This document shows, in pieces, positions 25,931 through 38,752 of a stretch of DNA of 64,000 nucleotides. Made by a program: the position numbers and the translations under genes. Under the pieces are notes generated by a model. The model was not told the DNA's origin. It searched no databases and saw only the letters and a program-made list of their open reading frames with translations. The DNA lies in assembly GCF_030028105.1 (NCBI RefSeq), contig NC_092383.1:97549604-97613603 (forward strand). The letters run 5' to 3'. Each line of letters begins with the position of its first letter. The stretch's first letter is position 1. The DNA comes from Mobula birostris (lineage: Eukaryota).

Positions 25931-27174
25931 CTAAGGGTCAAAGAAGATGAAAGGGTTAATGTTCGATGGCTTTGGGCCTGTACATTTTGAGAATGATGTG
26001 TGTGGTGGGGGGGGGGGGGGAGTTGGTGGAATCTCATTGAAAACCTATTGAATATTGAAAGACCCATATAAATGGACATGGAGAGAATGTTTCCATATAG
26101 CAGGGAGACTCTTTGACCAGAGGACACAGCCTCAAAACACAATGATGTCCCTTCAGAACAGAAATACCCCTCCTTATTCCATTTCTCCCATTGTCCTCTG
26201 TGCTCTCCTATCAGACTCCTTCACCAGCCCTTTTCCTTTCCCCACCCACTGTCTTCATCTATCATCTTCAAGCTATTTCTCCATCCCCTCCCCCACCTTT
26301 TTATTCTTTTTATTCAGATATGTTTCTCCTTCCTTCTGAGACGAAGAGAGCTCAAAATACTGACTTTTTATTCATTTCTGTAGATGCTGTCTGACTTGCT
26401 GAGTTCCTCTCACATTTTGTGTGTGTTGCAAAGGAACGTGACCACAAACTCCTCTTTTATACTGCAAAGCCGGTGGGATGGGTTTTCCATCAGAAACCTG
26501 TGAGCAGATACTGGCTGACAGAGAAACAGCAGAGTACTGCCTGAATCACGATTCAGCTCTGTAGACAAAAAGCTACAGAAAGCTAATACCAAACATACTG
26601 CAAGTTTCTAAAAGTTAAAAAAGAGGTGATTATTCGAACATAAAGCTGAAAGTTCAAGGAAAAGCGCAATTAAAAAAAAACAAATTTAGACACGAATCCA
26701 ACAATGTCACTGTGAAGAACCAGTGGTCAGGGTCAGCCAAGAGGACTGGTGCCACGGTCGACCTCTGCAGAAGGACAGGGTGGACGAGCTTCATTCTGTA
26801 CATGACCTGTGCACTGGGAGTGGGTGAAGGGACAGTGTAGATGGTGGTTCCTGCATTCCCTCATTGTGTTCACTCTCTCCAAACACCATAACCACCTTTT
26901 CTCCAGACTGGATCCCATTTGCCATGTCTGTGCTCTGCTGTCATGACCATTGATATCTGGCTGCAGGCTGCAATTCCCTTCCTCAGGGGCGGGTGCGGAG
27001 AGTCTTCACTCTGTTCCCCCATGGGCTCACTGTGTGATGCAGGAACTATGTGCTGGGACACTCAGGGTCAGAAGCCAGATGAAGGGCCTGCTCCTGTATC
27101 TGTGGTCCTCTGGGCTCTGATTCATCCTAAAGTCACTGAGTTCACCTGCTGACTGTCTCCTCTTGTCTCCTCAG

Positions 27175-27495
27175 CTGGGACTGGGGCTTCCCCTACCACT
27201 GTGAATGGAACTTGGGGACAGTCGGTCTTCTTACCTCCTGGACTCCCAGTCGGACCGGACGTTGCTGAGGTTGTGTGGAGACTGTTAACACCCAGAAAGA
27301 AGATAGTGACATATTCAAACAAGATCAGTGACTATTACGGTCCTGAGGAGTACAAGCGACGGATAACTTTTCATCCCGGGAACTTCAGTCTGGAAATCCG
27401 TGATCTACAGATAGAGGACATTGGTGATTATGAGGTGACTGTTACAGCAAGTTCAGGAGCACAGACTCAGAACAAAATGCGACTGAAGGCGTGCG
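27175..27495 (+). CDS. Ig V-set domain exon A (CD2/SLAM/CEACAM-N-like, no intradomain Cys pair); probable N-terminal domain
   Basis: Acceptor ctcctcttgtctcctcAG at 27174, donor G|GTGAGT at 27496; 321 nt, phase 1/1. Translation (A)GTGASPTTVNGTWGQSVFLP...VVWR...RITFHPGNFSLEIRDLQIEDIGDYEVTVT...MRLKAC has the C-strand W, a DxGxY motif and sequons NGT and NFS. Confidence 0.88.
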
Positions 27496-28479
27496 GTGAG
27501 TGAGATGCCGTGGAGGGGCCTGGGTTTCATCAGTTCCTGAAATGTCCCTAGTTAATGGGCGAGGGGTGATCCTGTGTGCTCCCCTGTTTTCTGAATCCTA
27601 CTGTCTGTCTGCATCCAGAGCTGGGCTCATGGTCCCAGTGTAGTGTGGCTGAGTCAGTGTGAGGCTGGAGGACACACTCACCACATCTGCGGAGACTGGA
27701 CCAGAGACTGAAGCATCGAACTGTCAATGGGGAGCCTTGTGACTCCGATGCTGGAGGGGATGAGCAGATTGAGAAGGGGGAACAGGAGAAAGGCCGATCT
27801 GGTGGGAGGGACGGATGATTGGATCCCACTGTATCCTGTCAAAGGCCTGGTCTGTCATGTTCAGGGATCCCATTTTCCCAGGATACTGCTTGTTAATTCC
27901 CTAGCCTGAGGTCTGAGCTCAGCAAGGTGTTTATTCCTCAGCCTTCGTGCTGTGCTGAGTGAGAGCCTGTGTATTCATTACACTGAATGTAGTGTCCCAG
28001 TGAGTGACACAGTACACGGACACAACAGCACACTCACACACACCAGTATGGTTCCTGACTCACCCTAACAGTAATATAACATTCACAATTATCTCACTCA
28101 GCAACGTCTGTCTGAGAAATCTCCTCCACCCCAGGTTTAACGGGTTCCATTGGAGGGAGGAGAATGTCAGAACATGGGGAATAGAACATCACAGGAACAG
28201 CTCCTCAGCCTCATGATGTGCTGCCAAACTCATTGCTAATGGAATCCAGTTAAGCTAATCCCTTCTGACTGTTCGTGCTCCATATGCCTTTATTCTCTAC
28301 ACATTCATGTGTGTATGTACAGCCTCTCAAAAATCTCTTTGGCCTTTGCCTCTATCACAACTCCCGGCAGCCCATTTCAGGCTCCCACCACTCTCTGTGT
28401 AAAGAAAAACTTGCCCTGCACATCTCCTTTGAATTCACCCCTGTCACTGTAAATGCACAATCTCTGGCATTAGCCACTT

Positions 28480-28777
28480 TTTAAATGATTTTTAAAAATT
28501 TTATCGAGATACTGCGGGCAATAGGCCCTTCCGGGACTTTGAGACTCGCAGCCCAGCGATTCCCCCAATTGTAACCCAGCCTAATCACAGGGCAATTTAT
28601 AATGACCAATTAACCATCCAATCGGTACATTATTGGACTGTGGGAGGAAACCAGAGAACGCAGAGGAATCCCACGTGGACATGGGGAGAATGTACAAACT
28701 CCTTACGGGCAGTGGGAATTCAACCTGGTTCACTGGTATTGTAAAGCGTTGTGCTAACCACTAAGCTATCATGCCAC
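28480..28777 (-). mobile_element. tRNA-derived V-SINE (HE1-like)
   Basis: Minus strand has an A box tagcttagtgg, a B-box-like ggttgaattcc and a V-domain-like core ggtttcctcccacagtcc. Confidence 0.75.
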
Positions 28778-29110
28778 CCCTGGGAAAAAATCCTGTCTGT
28801 CTATCATCTGTGTCCTTAAAAATGTTATAAACTTGTATCAGGTCAATCCTCAACCTCCGGCACTCAGAGGAAACAACCCAAATATGTCCAAACTTTTCTT
28901 CCAGCACATGCCCTGTAATCCGGGCACCGAGATGGTAAATGTCTGTTCCCTCTCCAAAGCCTTCACATTCTTCCTTTAATGGGGTGGCTGGAAATGAATG
29001 CAATACTCCAGATGTGGCCTAATTAGAATTTTCAAAGATGTAGCATAACTTCTTGCCTTTTGAACTCAGTGCCTCGACTGATGAGGACAAGCATGTAAAA
29101 TCCCTTCTTT

Positions 29111-32100
29111 TTTTTAATATAATTTTTATTAAATTTTCAAAATGAATACATGGAAAGATAATATCTACCCTACCTCCTCCCCTTAACCCTTCCCCCCTCC
29201 CCCCCGTATGTAGTCCTACCTAAAAAGAAAAGAAAGAGAAAAAAAGAACCGCCTGGGTATTGGGAGGTTTCCACATGCTCCATGGGATTTAAAATAAATT
29301 TAGTATACTTATTCGTTAGTTTCCCCAAGGGACCAAGATCTTTATCGGAGCAATTAAATATGCCATCCTACCTTTTGTAAATAAGGGCGCCAGATATTCA
29401 AAAATGTTTCATATTTATCTCTTAAATTATAAGTAATTTTTTCGAGTGGAATAGAACTAGCCATTTAATTGTTCCAACGATTCATACTTAAATACGAATC
29501 AAATTTCCAAGTCACAGCTATAGTCTTCTTAGCTACTGCCAATGCAATTTTTATAAATTTTTTCTGATACTTATTCAATTTAAGTTTTGGCTTTATCCCT
29601 TCAATATCACCTAGTAGAAATAATACAGGGTTATGTGGAAGTTGAGTTCCAGTAATTTGTTCCAATAAGACTCTTAAATTTATCCAAAAGGGTTGAATTT
29701 TAAAACAAGACCAAGTAGAATGTAAAAAAGTACCAATTCCTTGATTACACTGAAAGCATTTATCGGATAGATTTGAATTTAATCTATTTATTTTTTGTGG
29801 TGTAATATTATTGGTGTAAAAAGTTATATTGTACTAATCTAAGTCGAACATTTATTGTATTTGTCATACTGTCAAGGCACAGTCTTGACCAATTTGTTTC
29901 ATCAATATTGATATTCAGATCTGTTTCCCATTTTTGTTTTGACTTATGGATTCCTTGTTTAATTGTCTGTTTTTGAATCAAATTATACATACAAGAAATA
30001 AATTTTTTAATTTTCCCTTTTTGAATTAAAATTTCAATTTCATTAGGCTTTGGCAAAAACATTGTTTGACCCAGCTTGCCTTTTAAATAAGCCCTTAATT
30101 GAAGGTAACAAAAGAAAGTGTTATTTGATATTTTATATTTATCCTTTAGTTGTTCAAATGACATCAATATACCTCGTTCATAACAGTCTCCTATAAATCT
30201 AATCCCTTTTTGGTACCAATTATATAAAAGTTGATTGTCCATTGTAAAAGGAATAAGCCTGTTTTGAAACAAAGGTCTCCTTGCTAATAAAGATTTCTGT
30301 ATTTCATTATCAACATTTACCTTATTCCATAGATCAATCAAATGTATTAATATAGGAGATTCTTTCTTTTCCCATATCCATTTAGATTCCCATTTATATA
30401 TAAAATCTTCAGGTCTATTTTCTCCTATCTTGTCTAATTCTATTTTAATCCATGCTGGTTTTTGATCATCGAAGAAAGATGCAATGAATCTAAGTTGATT
30501 TGCTTTATAATAATTCTTAAAGTTTGGAAGTTGTAACCCTCCTAACTCAAATTTACATGTCAATTTTTCCAATGATATTCTTGACATCTTACCTTTCCAA
30601 AGAAATTTTCTCACACATTTATTTAACTCTTGGAAAAAAAATTCTGTGGCAATTGTATTGGTAATGTTTGAAACAAATATTGTAATCTGGGAAATATATT
30701 CATTTTTACAACATCGACTCTGCCTGCTAATGTTATTGGTAGTATCATCCATTTGTGAAGATCTTCTTGAATTTTTTTCAATAGTGGTACATAATTAAAT
30801 TTATATAAATTCTTTACATCATTATCAAGTCTTATACCTAAATACTTTATACCATTTACTGGCCATCTAAATTGTGTTGCTGATCAACATTGGCTATAGT
30901 CTCCTTTAGTAAGAGGTAAAATTTCACTTTTATCCCAATTTATTTTATAACCTGATACCTTCCCATATTCCTCCAATCTAAAAGATAATTTATGTAGCGA
31001 ATGTTGTGGGTTTGTTAAGTAAATCAAAACACCATCAGCAAAAAGATTAATTTTATATTCTTCCTGATTAACTCTAAAACCCATAATATCTGGATCAATT
31101 CTGATTAGTTCTGCTAATGGCTCTATCACCAGTATAAATAAAGCAGGTGATAATGGACAACCTTGTCTAGTTGACCTTTTTAACTGGAATGGTGTTGAAA
31201 TTTGAGAGTTTGTCACTACTTTAGCATTAGGGTTAGTATTTAAAGTTTTAATCCAATTTATAAAAGATGTTCCTAACCCATATTTTTCTAATACTTTAAA
31301 TAAAAAAATCCCATTCCAATCTATCAAATGCTTTTTCTGCATCCAAGGCTACTACTATATTCTTCTCCTCCCTTTTTTGTGCCAAATGAATTATACTGAG
31401 TAACCGAGTTACATTATCTGCCAATTGTCTATTTTTAATAAATCCTGTTTGATCCATATGTATTAATTTTGGTAAATATTTAGATAATCTATTCGATAGA
31501 ATTTTTGCTATTATTTTATAATCCGTATTCAATAAAGAAATAGGCCTGTATGATGTTGGTTTCATTGGATCTCTGTCTTTTTTTGGCAGTACTATTACAA
31601 TCGCTGTTGAAAAAGATTCTGGGAGTTTATGTATTTTTTCTGCTTGACGTATTAGCTCGATAAAGGGAGGAAATAATAAATCTTTAAACTTTTTATAAAA
31701 TTCAGGTGGAAAACCATCTTCTCCTGGAGATTTATTACTTTGGGGTGATCCTAAAGCTTCTTCAACCTCTTTTAATGTAAAAGGCGTATCTAATCCCTTC
31801 TGTTCTTCCGAATTCAATTTTGGAAGAGTTACTTGTGATAAAAACCTTTCTATCTCATTAACATCATTTTGTGATTCTGATTGATATAATTCAGAATAGA
31901 AACTTTTAAAGGTTTCATTTATTTCAAAAGGTTTATAAGTTATTTTATTTGCACTTGTTCTAATTGCATTTATTGTTTTGGAAGCTTGTTCCGTTTTCAA
32001 CTGCCAAGCAAGAATTTTATGTGCTCTCTCACCTAACTCATAATACCTTTGCTTAGTTCTTATGATTGCTTTTTCCATTCTATATGTCTGAAGCGTATTA

Positions 32101-34057
32101 TATTGTAACTTCTTATTGACAAGTTGCCTTCGTTTTTCTTCCAACATATATCTTTGAGATTCTTTTTCTAATTTTGTAATCTCTTTTTCTAATTGATCTA
32201 GTTCTGCCATATATTCTTTCTTGATTTTAGATGTGTAACTTATTATCTGGCCCCTCAAATATGCTTTCATCGCATCCCATAATATAAATTTATCATCCAC
32301 TGAATGAAAATTTGTATCCAAAAAAAATTGGATCTGCTTTTTCATAAAATCACAAAAATCTTGACATTTTAATAATGTTGAATTAAATCTCCATCTATAA
32401 GCCACTTCTTCCTTACCAGTCATTATTATTGTCATTAATAAAGGAGAATGATCTGACAATATTCTTGCTTTATATTCCATATTTTTCACTCTGTGTTGAA
32501 TATGCATTGATAATAGGAAAAAATCTATCCTTGAATATGTTTTATGTCTATGAGAATAGAACGAATAGTCTCTTTCTTTAGGATTGATTCTTCTCCATAT
32601 ATCAATCAAATTTAAATCTTTCATCAATGATAGAGTTGGATTTACTACTTTCGATTTTGTAACAGCCTTAGTTGATCTATCTCAGACTGGGTCTAAGCAA
32701 AAATTAAAATCTCCTCCTATTAATATTTTTTCATGTGCATCAGCCAAATTCAAAAAAGCTTCTTGTATGAATTTTGCATCATTTTCATTTGGTGCATAAA
32801 TATTCATAAAAGTCCATGATTCAGAGAAAAGTTGACAATATATAATCACATATCTCCCTGCAGAATCGGTTATTACATTTTGTATTCTAATTGGTAACAT
32901 TTTATTGATCAAAATTGCTACTCTCCTCGCTTTTGAATTAAATGAAGCTGCAACAACACTACCCACCCAATCTCTCTTTAATTTTTGATGTTCTGTTTCT
33001 GTTAAATGCATTTCCTGTAAAAAGGCTAAATCTATCTTCATTTTCTTAATATGTGTTAAGATTCTTTTTCTTTTCACTGGTCCATTAAGCCCATTAAGAT
33101 TAAAGCTCAAAAAATTCAATAAATTAGTCATTATTTTTAACAAAGTTACTCCAATCTAAAACATTACTTAGCTTCTCAACTCTCATAGTTCCTTGGGGAA
33201 TCTCTTAGAACTTCACCAAGTTGCTATGTGTTTCCCTCCCAATAATCCAGGCAAAAAGAAAAAAAAAAGATAGATGAGATATAAAAAAAGAAAAAAACAG
33301 AATACCCCCCCCACTAATGTTGTGAATGAAAGGATACACAACACTACCCCACTCCATTTTGCGGGTTGTGGCTAAAGCCACGCTTGCACACATGATTAAC
33401 GTAGCAATTGGTCAGTGCTTCTTCCAGCTCCCCCGTAACAAAAAAATTATATATAGATTAAAAAAAATTAATGTTACTATTCCCAACTAGTATACCTCAA
33501 ATTTTAACCTTACTTCCCCTCCCTCATATAATTCGTAATATATTTATATATTCATCCGCCTTCAAAAATCCAACAAGTCCATTCTTTGACCCAGTCTTCT
33601 TCTTCAATCCATCTCGCTCCCCTGGTTTTGTTCTTGTATCTGGTGAATATTCAGAGAATCTTGCACAAACTGCTCCGCTTTCTGGTAATCATCCGGTAAA
33701 AATCTTTTTTCTCCACCAGCCAAAAAAATCTTCAAGGTTGCAGGATAACGCAATATAAATTGATAACCATGATCCCATAGGATTTTTTTCACTGGATTAA
33801 ATTTCTTCCTTCTCTTCAAAAGTTCATAACTTATGTCAGGGTAGAAAAAAATTTTATTCCCTTGAACCATCAATGGCCCTTTTCTATTCTTGGCAGCTTG
33901 GGCAGCTGCCTGTGGAATCCTTTGCAAATGAAAGAGGAGGACCAATCAATTGAAATTGAGCGGGCACATAGAGCTCTAAGACCAAAACCACAAGATGACC
34001 AATATCCACTAGCAATTTTAATAAAATTCTGAAGATTTCAAGACAAGGAAAGGATTC
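29111..34057 (-). mobile_element. L1/Tx1-clade LINE, 5'-truncated, with inverted 5' end and a 15-bp TSD
   Basis: TSD taaaatcccttcttt at 29096-29110 and 34058-34072. ORF1 C-terminus FYPDISYELLKRRKKF (33604-33945); endonuclease FNLNGLNGPVKRKRI...QEMHL...GGDFN; RT segments YRPISLLNTD, DAEKAFDRLEW and RQGCPLSP. Frameshifted. Confidence 0.95.
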
Positions 34058-34559
34058 TAAAATCCCTTCTTTACCCCCCAATCAACATGCAGCCACGTAT
34101 CCCCACCCACGTCTGCATCTGATCCATGTCCAATTGCATCTATTGGCACTCCCCTGCACCATCCACAACACCGACAGTCTGTTGGAGGCCTTTGGCCGAC
34201 CTAGAGCCTATTCCCCACTCACTAAAATCGGGGTTGGTCTGACCCTGATCTCAGCTCTACTTTCCTGCCTGTTTCCACCCTCTCCCCAAATCCTCTCCAG
34301 ATCAAAACTCTGACTGAACCTTGAATACAGTGACTCAGCCTCCACAACTCTCTGGGGAAGAAAATTCCATCGATTCCTGAACCTTAGAGAGGAGAAATCC
34401 TTCCTCATATCTGTCTGAAATTATGGTCCCTTATTCTGAAACTGTGCCCTTGTTTTAGATCATACAGGAGGGGGAAACATCCTCCCAACACCCACCTCAC
34501 CCCGATTCCTGCTCCAGTCACTGAACTCACCAGCTGACTGCCTCCTCTTGTCTCCTCAG

Positions 34560-34862
34560 AATGGATGGAGACCGTGAAAGGACTTTGGGGACAGTGGGTC
34601 TCCTTACCTGCTGGGATCACAGGCGGGCTGGACGTTTCTCAGGTGGTGTGGAGAAGAGACGGAACCACAATAGCAGAATATGCAAATGGAGTCATTTCTT
34701 ACTTCGGTCCTGAGGAGTACAAGCGACGGATAACTCTTCATCCCGGGAACTTCAGTCTGAAAATCCGTGATCTTAAGAGAGAGGATACTGGTGATTATGA
34801 GGTGACTGTTACACCAAGTAGAGGAGGACAGATTCAGGCGGAAATGCGACTGGAGGTAAAGG
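34560..34862 (+). CDS. Ig V-set domain exon B
   Basis: Acceptor tctcctcAG at 34559, donor G|GTGAGT at 34863; 303 nt, phase 1/1. Translation (E)WMETVKGLWGQWVSLP...VVWRRDG...RITLHPGNFSLKIRDLKREDTGDYEVTVT...MRLEVK. Confidence 0.9.
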
Positions 34863-35891
34863 GTGAGTGAAGCGTTGCAGAGGGCCCAGGTTTCTTTGAT
34901 TCCTCTAACACTTCCAATTAATGGGTGAAGGCAGATCCTATGTGTTCCCCTGTTTTCTAAACCCCACTGACTGTCCGTGTCCAGAGCTGGGCTCACGGTT
35001 CCAGTGTAGTGGGATTGAGTCAGTGTGAGTCTGGAGGACACACTCACCACATCCCCAGAGGCTGGACTAGAAACTATGAAGCATTGAACTTTCAATGGGG
35101 ATCCTTGTGGCTCCAAGGCTGGAGGGGATGAACAGATGGTGTGGGGGATTGGGAGATGGGCGGATGGTGTGAGGGGGGCTGGTGGTTGGGCCAAACAGTC
35201 TATATCTGTGGGTCAGTTCAACAGATCCCTCTGTATCCCCAGGTCAAAGTCCTGGTCTTTCATGTTCAGGGATCCCATTTTCCGAGGGCACTGCTTGTGA
35301 CTTCTCCAGACTGAGGTCTGAGCTCAGCAAGGTGTTTATTCCTCAGCCTTCATGCTGTGCTGTGCTGAGTGAGACCCTGTGTATTCATTACACTGAATAT
35401 AATGTCCCAGTGAATGACACAGTACACGGACACAACAGCACACACACACAGCAATATGGTTCCTGACTCACTCAAACAGTAATATCACATTCACAGTAAT
35501 CTCACTCAGCAACGTTTGTCTGAGAAATCTCCTCCACCCCAGGTTTAACGGGTCCCATTGGAGGGGGGAGAATGTCAGAACGTGGGGAATGGAACATCAC
35601 AGGAACAGCTCCTCAGCTCATGATGTGCTGCCAAACTCATTGCTAATGGAACCCAGTTAAGCTAATCCCTTCTGACTGTTCGTGTTCCATATGCCTTTAT
35701 TCTCTAGACATTCATGTGTGTATGTGACAGCCTCTCAAAAGTCTCTCTGGCCTTTGCCTCTACCACCACTCCAGACAGCCCATTTCAGGCTCCCACCCCC
35801 ACTCTCTGTGTGAAGAAAAACTTGCCCTGCACATCTCCTTTGAATTTACCCCTGTCACTGTAAGTGCACCATCTCCGGTATTAGACACTTT

Positions 35892-36186
35892 TTATTTGAT
35901 TTTTTAAAATTTTTTTGAGATACACCAGGGAATAGTCCCTTCCGGGATTTGAACCACACTGCCCAGCAATCCCCTGATTGTAACCCAGCCTAATCACAGG
36001 ACAATTTATAATGACTGATTAACCATCCAATCGGTACGTGTTTGGACTGTGGGGGAAAACCAGAGCACGCAGAGGAATCCCACGTGGACACGGGGAGAAT
36101 GTACAAACTCCTTATGGGCAGCGGGAATTCAACCTGGTTCACTGGTACTGTAAAGCGTTGTGCTAACCACTACGCTATAGTACAAC
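35892..36186 (-). mobile_element. V-SINE at the position paralogous to 28480-28777
   Basis: Same flanks; A box tagcgtagtgg on the minus strand. Confidence 0.75.
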
Positions 36187-36246
36187 CCTTGGGCGGAAAA
36201 ATCCTGGCTTTACAGTACCAGTTGGAAGTGATTAGCTTCTACTTTA

Positions 36247-36576
36247 AACGCAAACAACAGGAATTCTGCAGACGCTGGAAATTCAAGCAACACACATCAA
36301 AGTTGCTGGTGAACGCAGCAGGCCAGGCAGCATCTCTAGGAAGAGGTGCAGTCGACGTTTCAGGCCGAGATCCTTCGTCAGGACTAACTGAAGGAAGAGT
36401 GAGTAAGGGATTTGAAAGTTGATTTTGGATCTCCCCCTCCCCCTCCAACTTTCAAATCCCTTACTCACTCTTCCTTCAGTTAGTCCTGACGAAGGATCTC
36501 GGCCTGAAACGTCGACTGCACCTCTTCCTAGAGATGCTGCCTGGCCTGCTGCGTTCACCAGCAACTTTTATGTGTG
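36247..36576. mobile_element. Fold-back Penelope-derived insertion with two opposed hammerhead motifs and a 14-bp TSD
   Basis: TSD tagcttctacttta at 36233-36246 and 36577-36590; inverted arms 36291-36421 and 36446-36576 (131 bp, 1 mismatch). Confidence 0.9.
36482..36517 (+). ncRNA. Minimal type I hammerhead ribozyme motif (mirror copy at 36350-36385 on the minus strand)
   Basis: AGTC-CTGACGA-AGG(atctcgg)CCT-GAAAC-GTC-GACT with intact core; predicted cleavage after C36513. Activity untested. Confidence 0.75.
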
Positions 36577-37401
36577 TAGCTTCTACTTTATCTGTGTTCT
36601 TAAAAATGTTATAAACTTGTATCAGGTCTATCCTCAACCTCAGACACTCAGAGGAAACAACCCAAATCTGTCCAATTGTTTTTCTTCCAGCACCTGCCCT
36701 ATAATCTAAGCAGTATCATGGTAAATATCTGTACCCTCTCCAAAGCCTCCCCATCCTACCTTTAATTGGGTGGCTGGAAGTGAATGCAATACCTTAGATG
36801 TGGCCAAACCAGAATTTAAAAGATGTAGCATAAGTTCCTGACTGTTGAACTCAGTGCCTCGACTGATGAGGACAAGCATGTAAAGTCCCTTCTTTACCCC
36901 CCTGATCAACATGCAGCCACGCTTCCCCACCCATGTCTGCATCTGATCCATGTCCAGTTGCACATATTGGCGCTCCCCTGCACCATCCACAACACCACCA
37001 ATCTTTATCTCATCTACAAATGTGCTAACCCTCCCATCTACATTTCTGTCCTTCGGCTCCTGAATCCTAAAATCCATTCACTGAGATCAGGGCTGGTTTG
37101 ACCTTGAACTCGGCTCCACTTTCCAGCTTGTTCCCATGCCTTAAGCGACTCCTCCAGATCAGATCTCTCTCAGCCTTGAATACAGTGACTCCACTGCTCT
37201 CTGGGGGAAAAAAATGGGGAGATTCCTGACCCTTGGAGAGGAGACATCATTCCTCATCTCTGTCTGAAATGGTGCTTTATTCTGAAACTGTGCCTTGTTC
37301 TACACCCCACACAAAGATGAACACCTCCCCAGAACCCACCTCACTCTTGATTCCTCCAGTCACTGAGCTTACCTGCTGACTGCCTCCTCTTGTCTCCACA
37401 G

Positions 37402-37489
37402 ACTGGGTGGAGACTGCGAAAGGAGTTTAGGGACATATGGTCTCTTTGCCTGGTGGGATCTCAGCCAGACTGGATGTTCCTAAGGTGGT
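37402..37489 (+). pseudogene. Truncated Ig V exon C with an in-frame stop
   Basis: Intact acceptor tgtctccacAG at 37401; reads (D)WVETAKGV*GHMVSLPGGISARLDVPKVV (TAG at 37428-37430); the 3' two-thirds and the donor are missing. Confidence 0.85.
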
Positions 37490-38510
37490 TCTGGTCCCAA
37501 TAGCTTCGTCTGCACCCCTTATGAAAACGTGCTTGGTGCTCTTATTGTTGTGGAGACCAGAACTGTGCATGGTGCTCCCAGTGAGGTCCAATCCAGGGAT
37601 ATGGAGACCAGAATTTGGGGGTGTGAGAGGTGATTAAAAAGGGGACTGACGGTAATGGGTGTGTGTGAGAGGTGATTGGAAAGGGGACTGATGGTAATGG
37701 GTGTGTGTGAGAGGTTTGGGAAGGGAACTGACGGTAATGGGCGTGTGTGAGAGGCAGCAGGCATCACCTTCCTGTCTCCACCCAGCTAACAGGAATCACC
37801 TGACACTGGTTCCCAATTCTTCACTTGCAGCCTATTTTAAACCAAGCTCTCATCCACAGCCCTTGTTCATTCATCATGCCCACCAGCCTCAACCAGTTGC
37901 TCCTGGCCTTCAGTTACCTTGTTGCCTTGTCGTCTAAGACATTTTAGAACATCAAACGGTACAGCGCAGGGACAGGCCCTTTGTCCCATAATGTTATGCC
38001 TAACTAACTAAATTAGTAATCAAATGCCCAACTAAACTAATCCCTTCTGCTTACACATTGCCCATACGCTTCCAGTTCCAGCATGTTTGTGTGCCTATCT
38101 AAACGCCTCCACCACCACCATCACGGGCAGCACGTTCCAGGCACCCACCACCCACCCTCTGTGTAAAAATACTTGCTTCACATCTCCTTCCAACTTAACC
38201 CCTGTCATCTTAAATGCATGTACTCTGCTATTAAACATTCCAACCCTGTCTGTCTACTCTATCTATGCCTCGCATAATCTGATAAACCTCTATCAGATCT
38301 TCCCTTAGCTTCTGCCACTCCAGAGGAAATAACCTAAGTTTGTCCAACATTTTTGACCCTGGAGAAAAATACAGGCTAACTACTTTATCTGTGTCCTTCA
38401 AAATTTATAAACTTATGTCAGGTCTATCTTTAACCTCTGACACTCAGAGGAAACATTCCAAGTTTGTCCAGAAATTCCTTATAGCACGTGCTTTTTAATC
38501 TAGGCACTCA

Positions 38511-38752
38511 CCGCCAAGGTATGATCCCAGCACGTTAGGAGACTGTCTGTCCCGAAGCTCCTTTCACAGTCCCCATCCAGTCTGAGGAGACAAGAGGAGG
38601 CAGTCAGCAGGTGAGCTTAGAGACTGGAGCAGGAATCAGAGTGAGGTGGGTTCTGAATGAGGGCACAGTTTCAAAATAAGGGACCACCATTTCAGACAGA
38701 GATGATCCCCTCGCCAAAGGTCTGGAATCAATGCAATTTTCTCCCAAAAAGA
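38511..38752 (-). repeat. 242-bp inverted duplicate of 39241-39482
   Basis: The reverse complement matches 39241-39482 with 5 mismatches and includes the exon D acceptor and the first 71 nt of the exon. Confidence 0.92.

Noticed and set aside
26943-27120. Possible leader exons (MTIDIWLQAAIPFL; MKGLLLYLWSSGL*)
   Set aside because: The available GT donors are phase 2 while exon A needs phase 1; the leader exon remains unlocated.
36042-36564. ORFs of 69-126 aa across the fold-back element
   Set aside because: Chance frames through SINE and Penelope terminal sequence; the same peptide appears at 2690-2959.
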